Positions 55,823 to 64,000 of a stretch of 64,000 nucleotides of DNA are shown piece by piece. Numbering within the stretch: the first letter of the stretch is position 1; each line of letters begins with the position of its first letter. Origin of the DNA: Deltaproteobacteria bacterium. Lineage in GTDB: Bacteria; Myxococcota_A; Polyangia; Polyangiales; Houyiibacteriaceae. The stretch is taken from positions 64,001 to 128,000 of the forward strand of contig JAXMNT010000004.1 in NCBI GenBank assembly GCA_034670305.1. The letters are read 5' to 3'. The position numbers and the translations under genes are program-made. A model generated the notes under the pieces. It saw nothing but the letters and a program-made list of their open reading frames with translations, made no database searches and was not told the origin of the DNA.

Positions 55823-57802
55823 CTAGAAGTCGACGCCCAAAATCAGACGAAGCGTCTGCGCGTTCTTCAGCCCGTTGAAGTCCGCCGGTGCAGCGCTGAT
55901 GCCGCGGTACTCGGGGTAGTCGAGCCCGGCGAACGGGAAGAGGACGCCGTAGTTGAACTGGAGGTAGAACCCATCCATCGGATCGGGGCCGTCTTCGCTC
56001 CGGTACGTGACCGTGAAGTCGAGCTCGAGGCCCAGATTCGGGTCGGAGCCGAATGCTTGCACCTCCTGCGCCGCCCGGCTGTACACCACGTCGACGCCCA
56101 CGCTGAACAGCTGTCCGAACGGGCTTCGAATGATGTCGTACGAGATGCCCGGGCGCAGGTACCAGGCACCGCCGACTCGGCCGAGGATGTTCCGCCACAG
56201 GATCAGGTCGATCCGGTAGTTCGGATGCATCTGAAAGAGGCTGTTGGTGTCATCGCCCGTTATCTGGGCCAGGAGCGTGCCCTCCCCCAACCCGCCCATG
56301 TCGGCGTCACCGCTCGCGTAGCCCGTGTAGAGGCGAATGTTCAGCTTGTCGTCGAGGAGGCGGTACTCGCCCTCGAACGCGATCGCGAACTGGCGGATCT
56401 TGAGGTCGTCCCGCACATACGAAGTGTTCTCAACGTTCTCGATCTGACCAGCGATCATGACCGCTTCGGCTTCCAGTCGAAGTCCGCCCATCAAGAACTG
56501 GCCCCACAAATCGGGGATGTATGCCCGGGCCTGGCGCCGGACGAAATAGTCGTCGGCGGAGCCAGCGAACGCCGTGTTCTGCCCCACAGAGCTCAGGCCC
56601 TGGCTTCGGTAGACGAAGTAGAAGCCGCCGTTGAGGACCCAGCTGCCCCGCTGGAGTCGGTCGCGTTGCTCTTCGGGATCCATCCGCCTGGCGGCCGCGA
56701 ACACGTACTGGCGGATGTCGTCCTTCGCCGTCGCGTCGTACGGAACCCCCCGAAGATCACCAAGTAGGTCACGCTGAATGCCCTGACCAGCGAAGTCCCA
56801 GGCAGCGACCAGGTGGATGCCCGCGAGTTTGGTGATCGCCATGATCCGATCGACGTCGCTGGACTGGTCCGCATCGATGCCCATGCCATCGTTGGCGAGG
56901 ATGCCGAGACCCCAGTGGGAAGGCATGCGACCGAAACGCAACTGGCCGAGACCGCGGTTGGTCACCTCCGCCCAGGCATGGCGCACGTAGATGCTGTCCC
57001 GGGCGCTGTTGCGGTAGGACTGGGGCGGGTTCTGCCCGGCCGAAAAGCTGTCGATGGGAACGCCGGGGGACCGGACGTCGCTTTCGAAGAAGCCGTCGTC
57101 GTTCTGCTGGTAGGCGAGGCCATCGGGGGTGGAGCCCAGCACGAGGTTGTCGAACACGTCCAGGGTCATGCGGACCCGCACGTCGTCGCTCAGCGAAAGG
57201 GTGGGCCGAAGACGCAGCCGCATGTTGGCAAACCGAAGACGGTCCGAGCCACCGCAGTTGTTGGGGTTGGCAGCGTCTCGAACGCCGCCTGCTTCGGTCG
57301 GAACCGACTCTCCACAACCGCCCGCTGGCACGTAGTTCCGGTCGGCCGGGGTGAAGCGTGCGAACGGCGCGTCGCTTCGGCCCAAGAAGAAGCTGTCTTG
57401 GAGCTCGCCGCGGACGCGCATGTAGCCGTCGAGGGTCAGCACGCTCTGGGGGGCCGTCGCCGAGAAGCGGGTCGGGTCGGCGGAGGGCTGCGGGTCGGAT
57501 TCCGGCGCGCTCTGGGCGAGCAGGTTCGAGTCGCCGGCCGCGTCGGTGCCCTCTTCTTCTTCGTCCCATCCGTCGTCGACGTCGACGTCCGGCATCTCGA
57601 GCTGAGGCGGACGAAGCTCGGGGTCGGCTTCCTCCTCCTCTTCTTCGTCTTCCTCTTCGTCCTCTTCGTCGATCGCTTCTTCCTCTTCCACTTCGGTTTC
57701 ACCCGCGGCCGGGGGCTGCGCGAGGAGGGTGGAGGGAGAGAGCGTGGCGCCCCACGCGAGCGCGAGACCAAGGAGAAGAAGTCGGCGGGTTTCGAGAGTC
57801 AT
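55823..57802 (-). CDS. myxobacterial outer-membrane beta-barrel protein (TIGR04551-like)
   Basis: Signal peptide, acidic linker, RFGRMPSHWGLGILANDG, HPNYRIDLILWR, C-terminal Phe. Confidence 0.75.
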   Translation of the reverse strand: MTLETRRLLLLGLALAWGATLSPSTLLAQPPAAGETEVEEEEAIDEEDEEEDEEEEEEADPELRPPQLEMPDVDVDDGWDEEEEGTDAAGDSNLLAQSAPESDPQPSADPTRFSATAPQSVLTLDGYMRVRGELQDSFFLGRSDAPFARFTPADRNYVPAGGCGESVPTEAGGVRDAANPNNCGGSDRLRFANMRLRLRPTLSLSDDVRVRMTLDVFDNLVLGSTPDGLAYQQNDDGFFESDVRSPGVPIDSFSAGQNPPQSYRNSARDSIYVRHAWAEVTNRGLGQLRFGRMPSHWGLGILANDGMGIDADQSSDVDRIMAITKLAGIHLVAAWDFAGQGIQRDLLGDLRGVPYDATAKDDIRQYVFAAARRMDPEEQRDRLQRGSWVLNGGFYFVYRSQGLSSVGQNTAFAGSADDYFVRRQARAYIPDLWGQFLMGGLRLEAEAVMIAGQIENVENTSYVRDDLKIRQFAIAFEGEYRLLDDKLNIRLYTGYASGDADMGGLGEGTLLAQITGDDTNSLFQMHPNYRIDLILWRNILGRVGGAWYLRPGISYDIIRSPFGQLFSVGVDVVYSRAAQEVQAFGSDPNLGLELDFTVTYRSEDGPDPMDGFYLQFNYGVLFPFAGLDYPEYRGISAAPADFNGLKNAQTLRLILGVDF

Positions 57803-58005
57803 GATGCTCCAACACCTCCTGGGGAGGAGGGCGGCGAGGGGCGTAACACGTCGGATCCGGCGAGACCAGGTGCGAACTCATGGAGATCGACCTCACAAGG
57901 CCTGCCAGGATTTCTGAGGGTGGGGTTTGGGCGCCCCGAGACTAACGGGCACAGAACACCCGAGCCTTGCTTGTGTTTCGGACATCGCGTGCGAAGGTGC
58001 CCGCC

Positions 58006-59652
58006 ATGTCGAGTGAAACGTTGACCTTGGTCCCCTACGGCGGCCTCGGCGAAGTCGGTATGAATGCGATGACCCTTGAAATATCGGGGGTTCGGGTGAT
58101 GCTCGACTGCGGGGTGACGTTCCCCGGGGGCGTTCTCGGCGTGGACATCGACCATCCGCGGTTCGACCACGTGTTGGCGGCGCCGAACGCGCTCCACGCG
58201 ATCCTCATCACCCACGGCCACGAAGATCACATCGGCGCCCTGCCCTTCCTGCTTCGGGCGATCCGCCCCAAGCGCGACCAGCCCCTCCCGGTCTACGGCC
58301 CGCCCTACGCGCTCAAGCTCATCGAGCGCCGCCTCGAAGAACACCGGATGGCGCTGCCGCCGATGATCGCCACCGAGGTGGGCAAGAAGTTCGAGGTCGG
58401 CCCCTTCGAGGTCGAACCCTTCCAGGTGAACCACTCGATCCCGGACTCCACCGGCCTCATCCTGCGCACCCCGGCCGGCACGATCGTGCACAGCGGCGAC
58501 TTCAAGATCGAGAAGCGCCCGGTCGACGATCGCCCCTTCGGCCACGACGCGCTCCGCAAGGCGGCCGACGAAGGCATCGATCTCCTGATGAGCGACTCGA
58601 CCAACATCGACGTCGAAGGCCACACCGGTGAAGAAGCCGACGTGAGCCCCGTGATCCAGCAGATCATGGCCGACGCCCAGCACCGGGTGATCGTCGCGCA
58701 GTTCGCGTCGAACGTGTACCGCATGCGCGCGGTCTTCGACGCCGCCCGCGCCCATGGCCGCAAGGTCTGTCTGCTCGGTCGCAGCGTGCGCAACCACGCG
58801 GAGATCGCCCGCAGCCTCGGCTTCCTCGATGGGGTGGACGATCTGCTGGTCGAACCCGACGACGCGATGAAGATGGCCCGCCACAAGGTGTGCGCGATCG
58901 CGACCGGCACCCAAGGCGAAGGTGCCGCGGCGCTCTCCCGACTCACCCGCGACGACCACCCGTACTTCCAGATCGAAGAAGGCGACACGGTCGTGTTCTC
59001 CTCGCGGGTCATTCCCGGCATGGAGAAGAAGGTCTTCGGCCTCCAGAACGACCTCGAGCGCAAAGGCATCCGCGTCATCCACCGCCGCACCAACGAAGGC
59101 GTGCACGTGAGCGGCCACGCGGCGCGCGGCGAGCAGCGCGATCTCATCGAGCTGTGCAAACCCCGGGCGTTCCTCCCCGTGCACGGCACCTACCACCACC
59201 TCAAGCGCCACGCCGACCTCGGCGAGTCCTGCGGCGTGCCGAGCCTCGCGGTCGAGAACGGCAGCGTGCTCGAGCTGACCGACGGCGTCTTGAAGAAGAC
59301 CGGCGAAGTGCTCTCCGGCCGCGTGCACATCCAGCGTGGTGAAGAGGTCGACGAGAGCCAGCTCAAAGACCGCGCGCTCCTGAGCGAGCTCGGCCACGCC
59401 ATCGTCGCGTTCGTCCGCGTCGGTCGCCGCTTCGAAGTCGACGTCGCCACCCGCGGCGCCCTTCGCCCGGACATCGAAGAAGACGTCCTCGACCAACTCG
59501 CCGACTGGGTCCGCCAAGACCTCGGCCGCGCCGACAGCCAAGACCTCGACGTCCTCGAAGACGCCGCCCGCCGAAGCGTCCGCCGCTTCTTCGGCAAAAA
59601 GTTCCGCCGCAAGCCCCTCGTCACCGTGCTCGGCCTAGACCAAAGCCGCTAA
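58006..59652 (+). CDS. rnj: ribonuclease J
   Basis: [43 protein letters not shown] and PVHG motifs. Confidence 0.95.
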   Translation: MSSETLTLVPYGGLGEVGMNAMTLEISGVRVMLDCGVTFPGGVLGVDIDHPRFDHVLAAPNALHAILITHGHEDHIGALPFLLRAIRPKRDQPLPVYGPPYALKLIERRLEEHRMALPPMIATEVGKKFEVGPFEVEPFQVNHSIPDSTGLILRTPAGTIVHSGDFKIEKRPVDDRPFGHDALRKAADEGIDLLMSDSTNIDVEGHTGEEADVSPVIQQIMADAQHRVIVAQFASNVYRMRAVFDAARAHGRKVCLLGRSVRNHAEIARSLGFLDGVDDLLVEPDDAMKMARHKVCAIATGTQGEGAAALSRLTRDDHPYFQIEEGDTVVFSSRVIPGMEKKVFGLQNDLERKGIRVIHRRTNEGVHVSGHAARGEQRDLIELCKPRAFLPVHGTYHHLKRHADLGESCGVPSLAVENGSVLELTDGVLKKTGEVLSGRVHIQRGEEVDESQLKDRALLSELGHAIVAFVRVGRRFEVDVATRGALRPDIEEDVLDQLADWVRQDLGRADSQDLDVLEDAARRSVRRFFGKKFRRKPLVTVLGLDQSR

Positions 59653-59653
59653 G

Positions 59654-59913
59654 CGGCTTCGGTTTCGGGATCGGCGTCGGATTTCGGCGTCGGATTTCGG
59701 CGTCGGATTTCGGCGTCGGGTTCGGCATCGGCATCGGCTTCGGCTTCGGCTTCGGCTTCGGCTTCGGGATCGGCTTCGGGATCGGCATCGGCATCGGCAT
59801 CGGCATCGGCGTCGGCTTCGGCTTCGGCTTCGGCTTCGGCATCGGCATCGGCTTCGGCTTCGGCTTCGGCGTCGGCTTCGGCTTCGGATTCGGCTTCGGC
59901 TTCGGGGGTCGGC
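59654..59913. repeat. hexamer tract H, (TCGGNN)n, between convergent genes
   Basis: TCGGCT/TCGGCA/TCGGGA units, including three 13-nt TCGGCGTCGGATT units that break triplet phase. Confidence 0.95.
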
Positions 59914-59921
59914 TCGAATCC

Positions 59922-61316
59922 TCACCGCGCCCGAACCGTCACCTCGTTCCCATCCCGCACCGCACGAAGCCCGCGCGCCCGCCCCACCGCCTGCGCCAAC
60001 GTCCCAGCGTGTTCCTCGCTTTCGACGGTCAGCGTCCACGAGAACCCCTGCCCGTCCTCCGCCGGAACGAACACATCCCCCCGCCAATACGAAGCAAGCA
60101 CGCGCGGCGCGTCTTCCCCGTGCTCGAGCAGGAAGGACCAAACCGCCAGCTCCCCCAGCGAATCGGGAGCGACGGCGGAGGCCGCCGCTGCTGAAGCTCT
60201 TGCTGCGGTTCCTGTCTCTGTTGCTGCCGCTGTCTCTGTTGCTGCCGCTGTCTCTGTTGCTGCCGCTGTCTCTGTTGCTGCCGCTGTCTCTGTTGCTGCC
60301 GCTGTCTCTGTTGCTGCCGCTGTCTCTGCCGCTGTCTCTGTTGCTGCCGCTGTCTCTGCCGCTGTCTCTGTTGCTGCCGCTGTCTCTGTTGCTGCGTCTG
60401 CTTCTGTCTCTGACTCTGAGTCTGTCTCCGCCTCTGTCTCCGCCGCAGCCGCTCTCTCCGCCGCCACCGCCGCGGCCGCGTCCACCGCCGCGTCCGTCGG
60501 CCCGTGCAGAATCTCGGACATCGTCCCCGGCGGCCGCCCATACGCCTGGTTCACCGCGACCCACCCGCCCCGTTCCCGCAGACGCCGCACGTAGGGCGCG
60601 CCATACGCGTACGGCGCGACCAAGCCGAGCCGGACGATGTGGGGCGCGGAGTGCAACGGGTGGTCGTCGCCGAGCTCGAACGCACCGGCCCGCGCATCGA
60701 CGAGCACGCTCGCTTCGCCTTCGATCAAACAGCGGAGCGCGAGTTTGGCGTCGCTGGTCGTGGCGGCGTCGTCGAGCGCGCTGAGATCGAAGTGCTGGTC
60801 GACGAGCGCGTGGGTGAGTTCGTGCATGAGCACGCTCTCCGGATGGTCGCGCCCTGCGGCGTCGCCAATCCGCCCGAACACGTCCGACCGCACGACGAGC
60901 TCCTCCGCCCGCGGGTCGTAGTACCCGAGCACCGCGTCCGAGAGATCCCCGAAGTCGACCTCGTAGTCCTCCGGAAGCAGGCCGAGCGCCTGGTACGTCC
61001 GGACCCGGCGGGCCTGCGCGACCGGATCTTGCGCCGCGCCAAGCCGCTCCCCCATCTCGCGCCGGGTCACGGTGACGGCGCGGACGGGTCGCAGGAAGCG
61101 GAGTTCGCGCCGGCGCTCGACCTCGCGGGCGAGGCGATCGATGCGGCCGGCATGGATCGCAGCCAGCCCAACACCGTGCCGCATCGCGGGCGAGGGGGTG
61201 TCCGAGGTGACTTCGCGGCGAACGAACTGGGCGGGGTCGGTGGGTTGCGGCGGGGTGGCGGCCGGGGGGCACCCCAGCAGCAAACAGATCCCCAGCCACC
61301 CGTATCGTGTTGCCAC
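59922..61316 (-). CDS. lipoprotein, putative zinc metallopeptidase (gluzincin-like) with in-frame repeat insertion
   Basis: Lipobox [32 protein letters not shown]. Confidence 0.75.
   Translation of the reverse strand: MATRYGWLGICLLLGCPPAATPPQPTDPAQFVRREVTSDTPSPAMRHGVGLAAIHAGRIDRLAREVERRRELRFLRPVRAVTVTRREMGERLGAAQDPVAQARRVRTYQALGLLPEDYEVDFGDLSDAVLGYYDPRAEELVVRSDVFGRIGDAAGRDHPESVLMHELTHALVDQHFDLSALDDAATTSDAKLALRCLIEGEASVLVDARAGAFELGDDHPLHSAPHIVRLGLVAPYAYGAPYVRRLRERGGWVAVNQAYGRPPGTMSEILHGPTDAAVDAAAAVAAERAAAAETEAETDSESETEADAATETAAATETAAETAAATETAAETAAATETAAATETAAATETAAATETAAATETAAATETGTAARASAAAASAVAPDSLGELAVWSFLLEHGEDAPRVLASYWRGDVFVPAEDGQGFSWTLTVESEEHAGTLAQAVGRARGLRAVRDGNEVTVRAR
60211..60440. repeat. 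tract J, 18-mer (GCTGTCTCTGTTGCTGCC)n, in frame (TETAAA)
   Basis: Near-perfect 18- and 12-bp units using ACA/GCA codons atypical of the surrounding genes. Confidence 0.93.
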
Positions 61317-61360
61317 CCCAAAGAGATACGACGAACCGGATCAGATGGCAGCATTTCGGG

Positions 61361-61677
61361 CCCGACGCCGAAGCCGAAGCCGAAGCCGAAGCCGAAGCCG
61401 AAGCCGAAGCCGAAGCCGACCCCGAAGCCGAAGCCGACGCCGAAGCCGAAGCCGACTCCGAAGCCGACGCCGAAGCCGAAGCCGACTCCGAGGCCGAAGC
61501 CGACTCCGAAGCCGAAGCCGACTCCGAAGCCGACCCCGAACCCGAAGCCGAACCCGAAGCCGAACCCGAAGCCGAAGCCGAAGCCGAAGCCGACTCCGAA
61601 GCCGAACCCCGACCCCGACACCGAAGCCGAAGCCGAAGGCCGAGGCCTAGGACGCCGAGGCCTGGGACGCCGAGGCC
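61361..61677. repeat. hexamer tract I, (NCCGAN)n, upstream of tig
   Basis: GCCGAA/GCCGAC/TCCGAA/CCCGAA units ending in 15-mers GCCGAGGCCTRGGAC. Confidence 0.95.
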
Positions 61678-61846
61678 GCCCATCCGGCCCGAAAGCCGCG
61701 CGGCCCCTGCCGTTGCGCTGGCGCTCATCCCATCAATGCGGTTGCGCGGACGGGGGGAGAGAAGTACGACCGGCGCCCGTTCCGGACGCTCGCCACACCC
61801 TTTTGTGCTGGCAACTGGCATTGCCGGACGTAGGAGAGTGGTACCC

Positions 61847-63367
61847 GTGCAGTCCGAGGTCAGCGAGATCAGCCCCATCCAGGTCGAGATCAAAGTTCAG
61901 GTCCCCTGGGATCGAGTGAAGAAATCCCTCGACCAGAACTTCGCGCGTCTCGCCAAGACGGCGAAGGTGCGCGGGTTCCGGCCCGGCAAGGTGCCCCGCC
62001 ACGTCATCAAGAAGCTGTACGGCCAGGCCGTCAAAGCCGAGGTGACCGGGACCATCATTCAAGAAGGTCTGCTGGACGCGTTCAACAAACACGAGCTGCC
62101 GGTCGTGGCCCAGCCCGAGGTCACCCCGCCCCCGATCCTGGACGGGGAGGACTACCACTTCACCGCCAAGGTCGAAGTCCGCCCGACCATCGACTCCGTC
62201 AACCTGGACGGCCTCAAGATCGTGCGCCCGAACGCCGAGGTCGAGGACGCTGCCGTCGACGCCGAGCTCGCCCGGATGCAGAAGCAGCAGGCCGAAGTAC
62301 AAGAGCCGGAGCCGATGCGCCCCGCCATCAAGGGCGACCGGGTCACCATCGACTACCAGGTCTCGGTCGACGGCAAGGTGAACCCCTCGATGGGCGCCGA
62401 AGGCCGCGACGTGGACCTCGGCGACGAAGGGCTCAACCCCGAGTTCGACGCGGGCCTGCTCGGAGTGGTGCCCGGCGACGTGAAGTCGATCGACGTCTCG
62501 TTCCCCGAAGACCACCACCACGAGGATCTCCGCGGCAAAACCGCGACGTTCGAGATCACCGTGCACTCGCTCCGCGAGGTGGTGCTGCCCGAGATCGACG
62601 ACGAGTTCGCGAAAGACGCGGGTGAGTTCGAGACCCTGCTCGAGCTGCGGCTCGACGTGCGCAAGCACCTGCAAGACCTCGCCGACCGCCGCTCCGCCAG
62701 CGAGCTGCGCGATGGGCTGGTCGAGGCCGTCGTCGCCCTGAACGACATCCCTGTCCCGCCGACCATGGTCAAAGAGCAGAAGCAGCAGATGCTGATGCAG
62801 ATGGTGCAGTTCGCGCAGATGACGGGTCAGCAGCTCGGCGACTTCTCCGAGCTCGACGGCCGCGCCGAGAAGCGTGTCCGCGCCGGCCTCGTCCTGAGCG
62901 CGCTCGCGCGCCAAGAGAAGATCGAAGTCAGCGAAGAAGACGTCGCCGCGAAGTTCGCCGAGATCGCAGAGTCGACCGGCAAACACATCGCCAAGGTGAA
63001 GGTCGAGTATGCGGGCGAGAAGCGCGATCGGCTCGAGCAGACGATCATGGAAGACCGCATCTTCGCGTTCCTCAAGGAGAAGGCGGAGTTCGTGGACGCG
63101 CTGCCGGAGGGCGACGCGGCCGAGGCGAAGTCCGAGGACAAGCCGAAGAAGGCTGCGAGCAAGAAGCCGAAGGCCGCCAAGGCGAAAGCCGACGACGCCG
63201 AACCGGCGGAAGCCGCGCCCAAGAAGAAGGCCGCCGCCAAGAAAGCCGCGCCCAAGAAGGCCGCGCCCAAGAAGGCCGCGCCCAAGAAGGCCGCGCCCAA
63301 GAAGGCCGCCAAGAAAGCCGCCCCGAAGAAGGCCACGAAGAAGGCCGCCAAGAAGAAGTCCGACTGA
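61847..63367 (+). CDS. tig: trigger factor with Lys/Ala-rich C-terminal tail
   Basis: [12 protein letters not shown]-like domain, [14 protein letters not shown] upstream of the GTG start. Followed by clpP. Confidence 0.96.
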   Translation: MQSEVSEISPIQVEIKVQVPWDRVKKSLDQNFARLAKTAKVRGFRPGKVPRHVIKKLYGQAVKAEVTGTIIQEGLLDAFNKHELPVVAQPEVTPPPILDGEDYHFTAKVEVRPTIDSVNLDGLKIVRPNAEVEDAAVDAELARMQKQQAEVQEPEPMRPAIKGDRVTIDYQVSVDGKVNPSMGAEGRDVDLGDEGLNPEFDAGLLGVVPGDVKSIDVSFPEDHHHEDLRGKTATFEITVHSLREVVLPEIDDEFAKDAGEFETLLELRLDVRKHLQDLADRRSASELRDGLVEAVVALNDIPVPPTMVKEQKQQMLMQMVQFAQMTGQQLGDFSELDGRAEKRVRAGLVLSALARQEKIEVSEEDVAAKFAEIAESTGKHIAKVKVEYAGEKRDRLEQTIMEDRIFAFLKEKAEFVDALPEGDAAEAKSEDKPKKAASKKPKAAKAKADDAEPAEAAPKKKAAAKKAAPKKAAPKKAAPKKAAPKKAAKKAAPKKATKKAAKKKSD

Positions 63368-63426
63368 CCCGGCCCCGGCTCCGTGAAAACGGAGTTGAAG
63401 CCGACAATCAATGGTAGAGGTAGAGC

Positions 63427-64000
63427 ATGTACGTCCCCGTCGTCGTAGAGCAGACCCACCGCGGTGAGCGCACCTGGGGCCTCTTCAGCCGCCTGCTGAA
63501 GGACCGCATCATCTTCCTCGGCAGCGAGATCGACGACGAGGTCGCCAACGGCGTCATCGCGCAGATGCTGGTGCTCGAGAGCGAAGATCCCGACAAGGAG
63601 ATCACGCTCTACATCAACAGCCCGGGCGGCTCGGTCACGGCCGGTCTCGCGATCTACGACACCATGCAGTACGTGCGCTGCCCGGTCGCCACCGTCTGCC
63701 TCGGACAGGCCGCTTCGATGGGCGCATGGCTGCTCGCCTCCGGCTCGGCCGGCCTCCGCCGCGCGCTGCCCAACAGCAAGATCATGATCCACCAGCCCCT
63801 CGGTGGCATCAGCGGCCAGGCGACGGACATCGAGATCCACGCCAACGAGATCCTCAAGCTGCGCTCCTGGATGAACGACATCATGGCGAAGCACACCGGC
63901 AAAACCGCCGAGGTCATCGCCGCGGACACCGAACGCGACCGCTACCTCACCGCCGAAGAAGCGCTCGAGTACGGCGTGGTCGACGAAGTCGTCCCCCCCC
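63427..64000 (+). CDS. clpP: ATP-dependent Clp protease proteolytic subunit, 3'-truncated by the window edge (absent from the ORF track)
   Basis: MYVPVVVEQ...[33 protein letters not shown]. Confidence 0.97.
   Translation, partial: MYVPVVVEQTHRGERTWGLFSRLLKDRIIFLGSEIDDEVANGVIAQMLVLESEDPDKEITLYINSPGGSVTAGLAIYDTMQYVRCPVATVCLGQAASMGAWLLASGSAGLRRALPNSKIMIHQPLGGISGQATDIEIHANEILKLRSWMNDIMAKHTGKTAEVIAADTERDRYLTAEEALEYGVVDEVVPP

Noticed and set aside
61809-61824. Sigma-54-like TGGCA...TTGC upstream of tig
   Set aside because: GG-to-GC spacing is 11 nt rather than the required 10

Overview
High-GC chromosomal window that most likely comes from a myxobacterium (Myxococcota, Polyangiales/Sandaracinaceae-like). 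This is inferred from TIGR02266-like PilZ, TIGR04551-like and DUF507-like proteins, two Hanks kinases and many Cys-rich lipoproteins. The backbone is housekeeping: serA-hisZ-purA; ridA-xth; hbd-crt and a thiolase; prfB (intact CTT-TGA-C +1 frameshift site)-lysS-lolC/E-lolD-bamA-skp-tolC-mlaC; an ECF sigma/anti-sigma/kinase cluster; an S1-domain protein; tRNA-Val(CAC); yicC; gmk; radA; rnj; tig-clpP. Accessory genes include a three-gene capsule-type cluster, tandem CAP-domain lipoproteins and three zinc-peptidase-like genes. I saw no integrase, transposase, reverse transcriptase or CRISPR array. The most unusual signal is non-genic. Eleven 6-nt-periodic degenerate repeat tracts of about 140-310 bp each (cores CCGA/TCGG or CAGC/GCTG plus two variable bases) occur in both orientations, between genes and as in-frame insertions inside genes. 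Nine of them lie between 47.3 and 61.7 kb. Other unexplained elements are a REP-like GNA-triloop hairpin family, a 265-bp long-inverted-repeat element upstream of radA, a candidate structured RNA upstream of the DUF507-like gene, and two apparent pseudo-enzymes. All family assignments come from motif recognition by eye, not from database searches.
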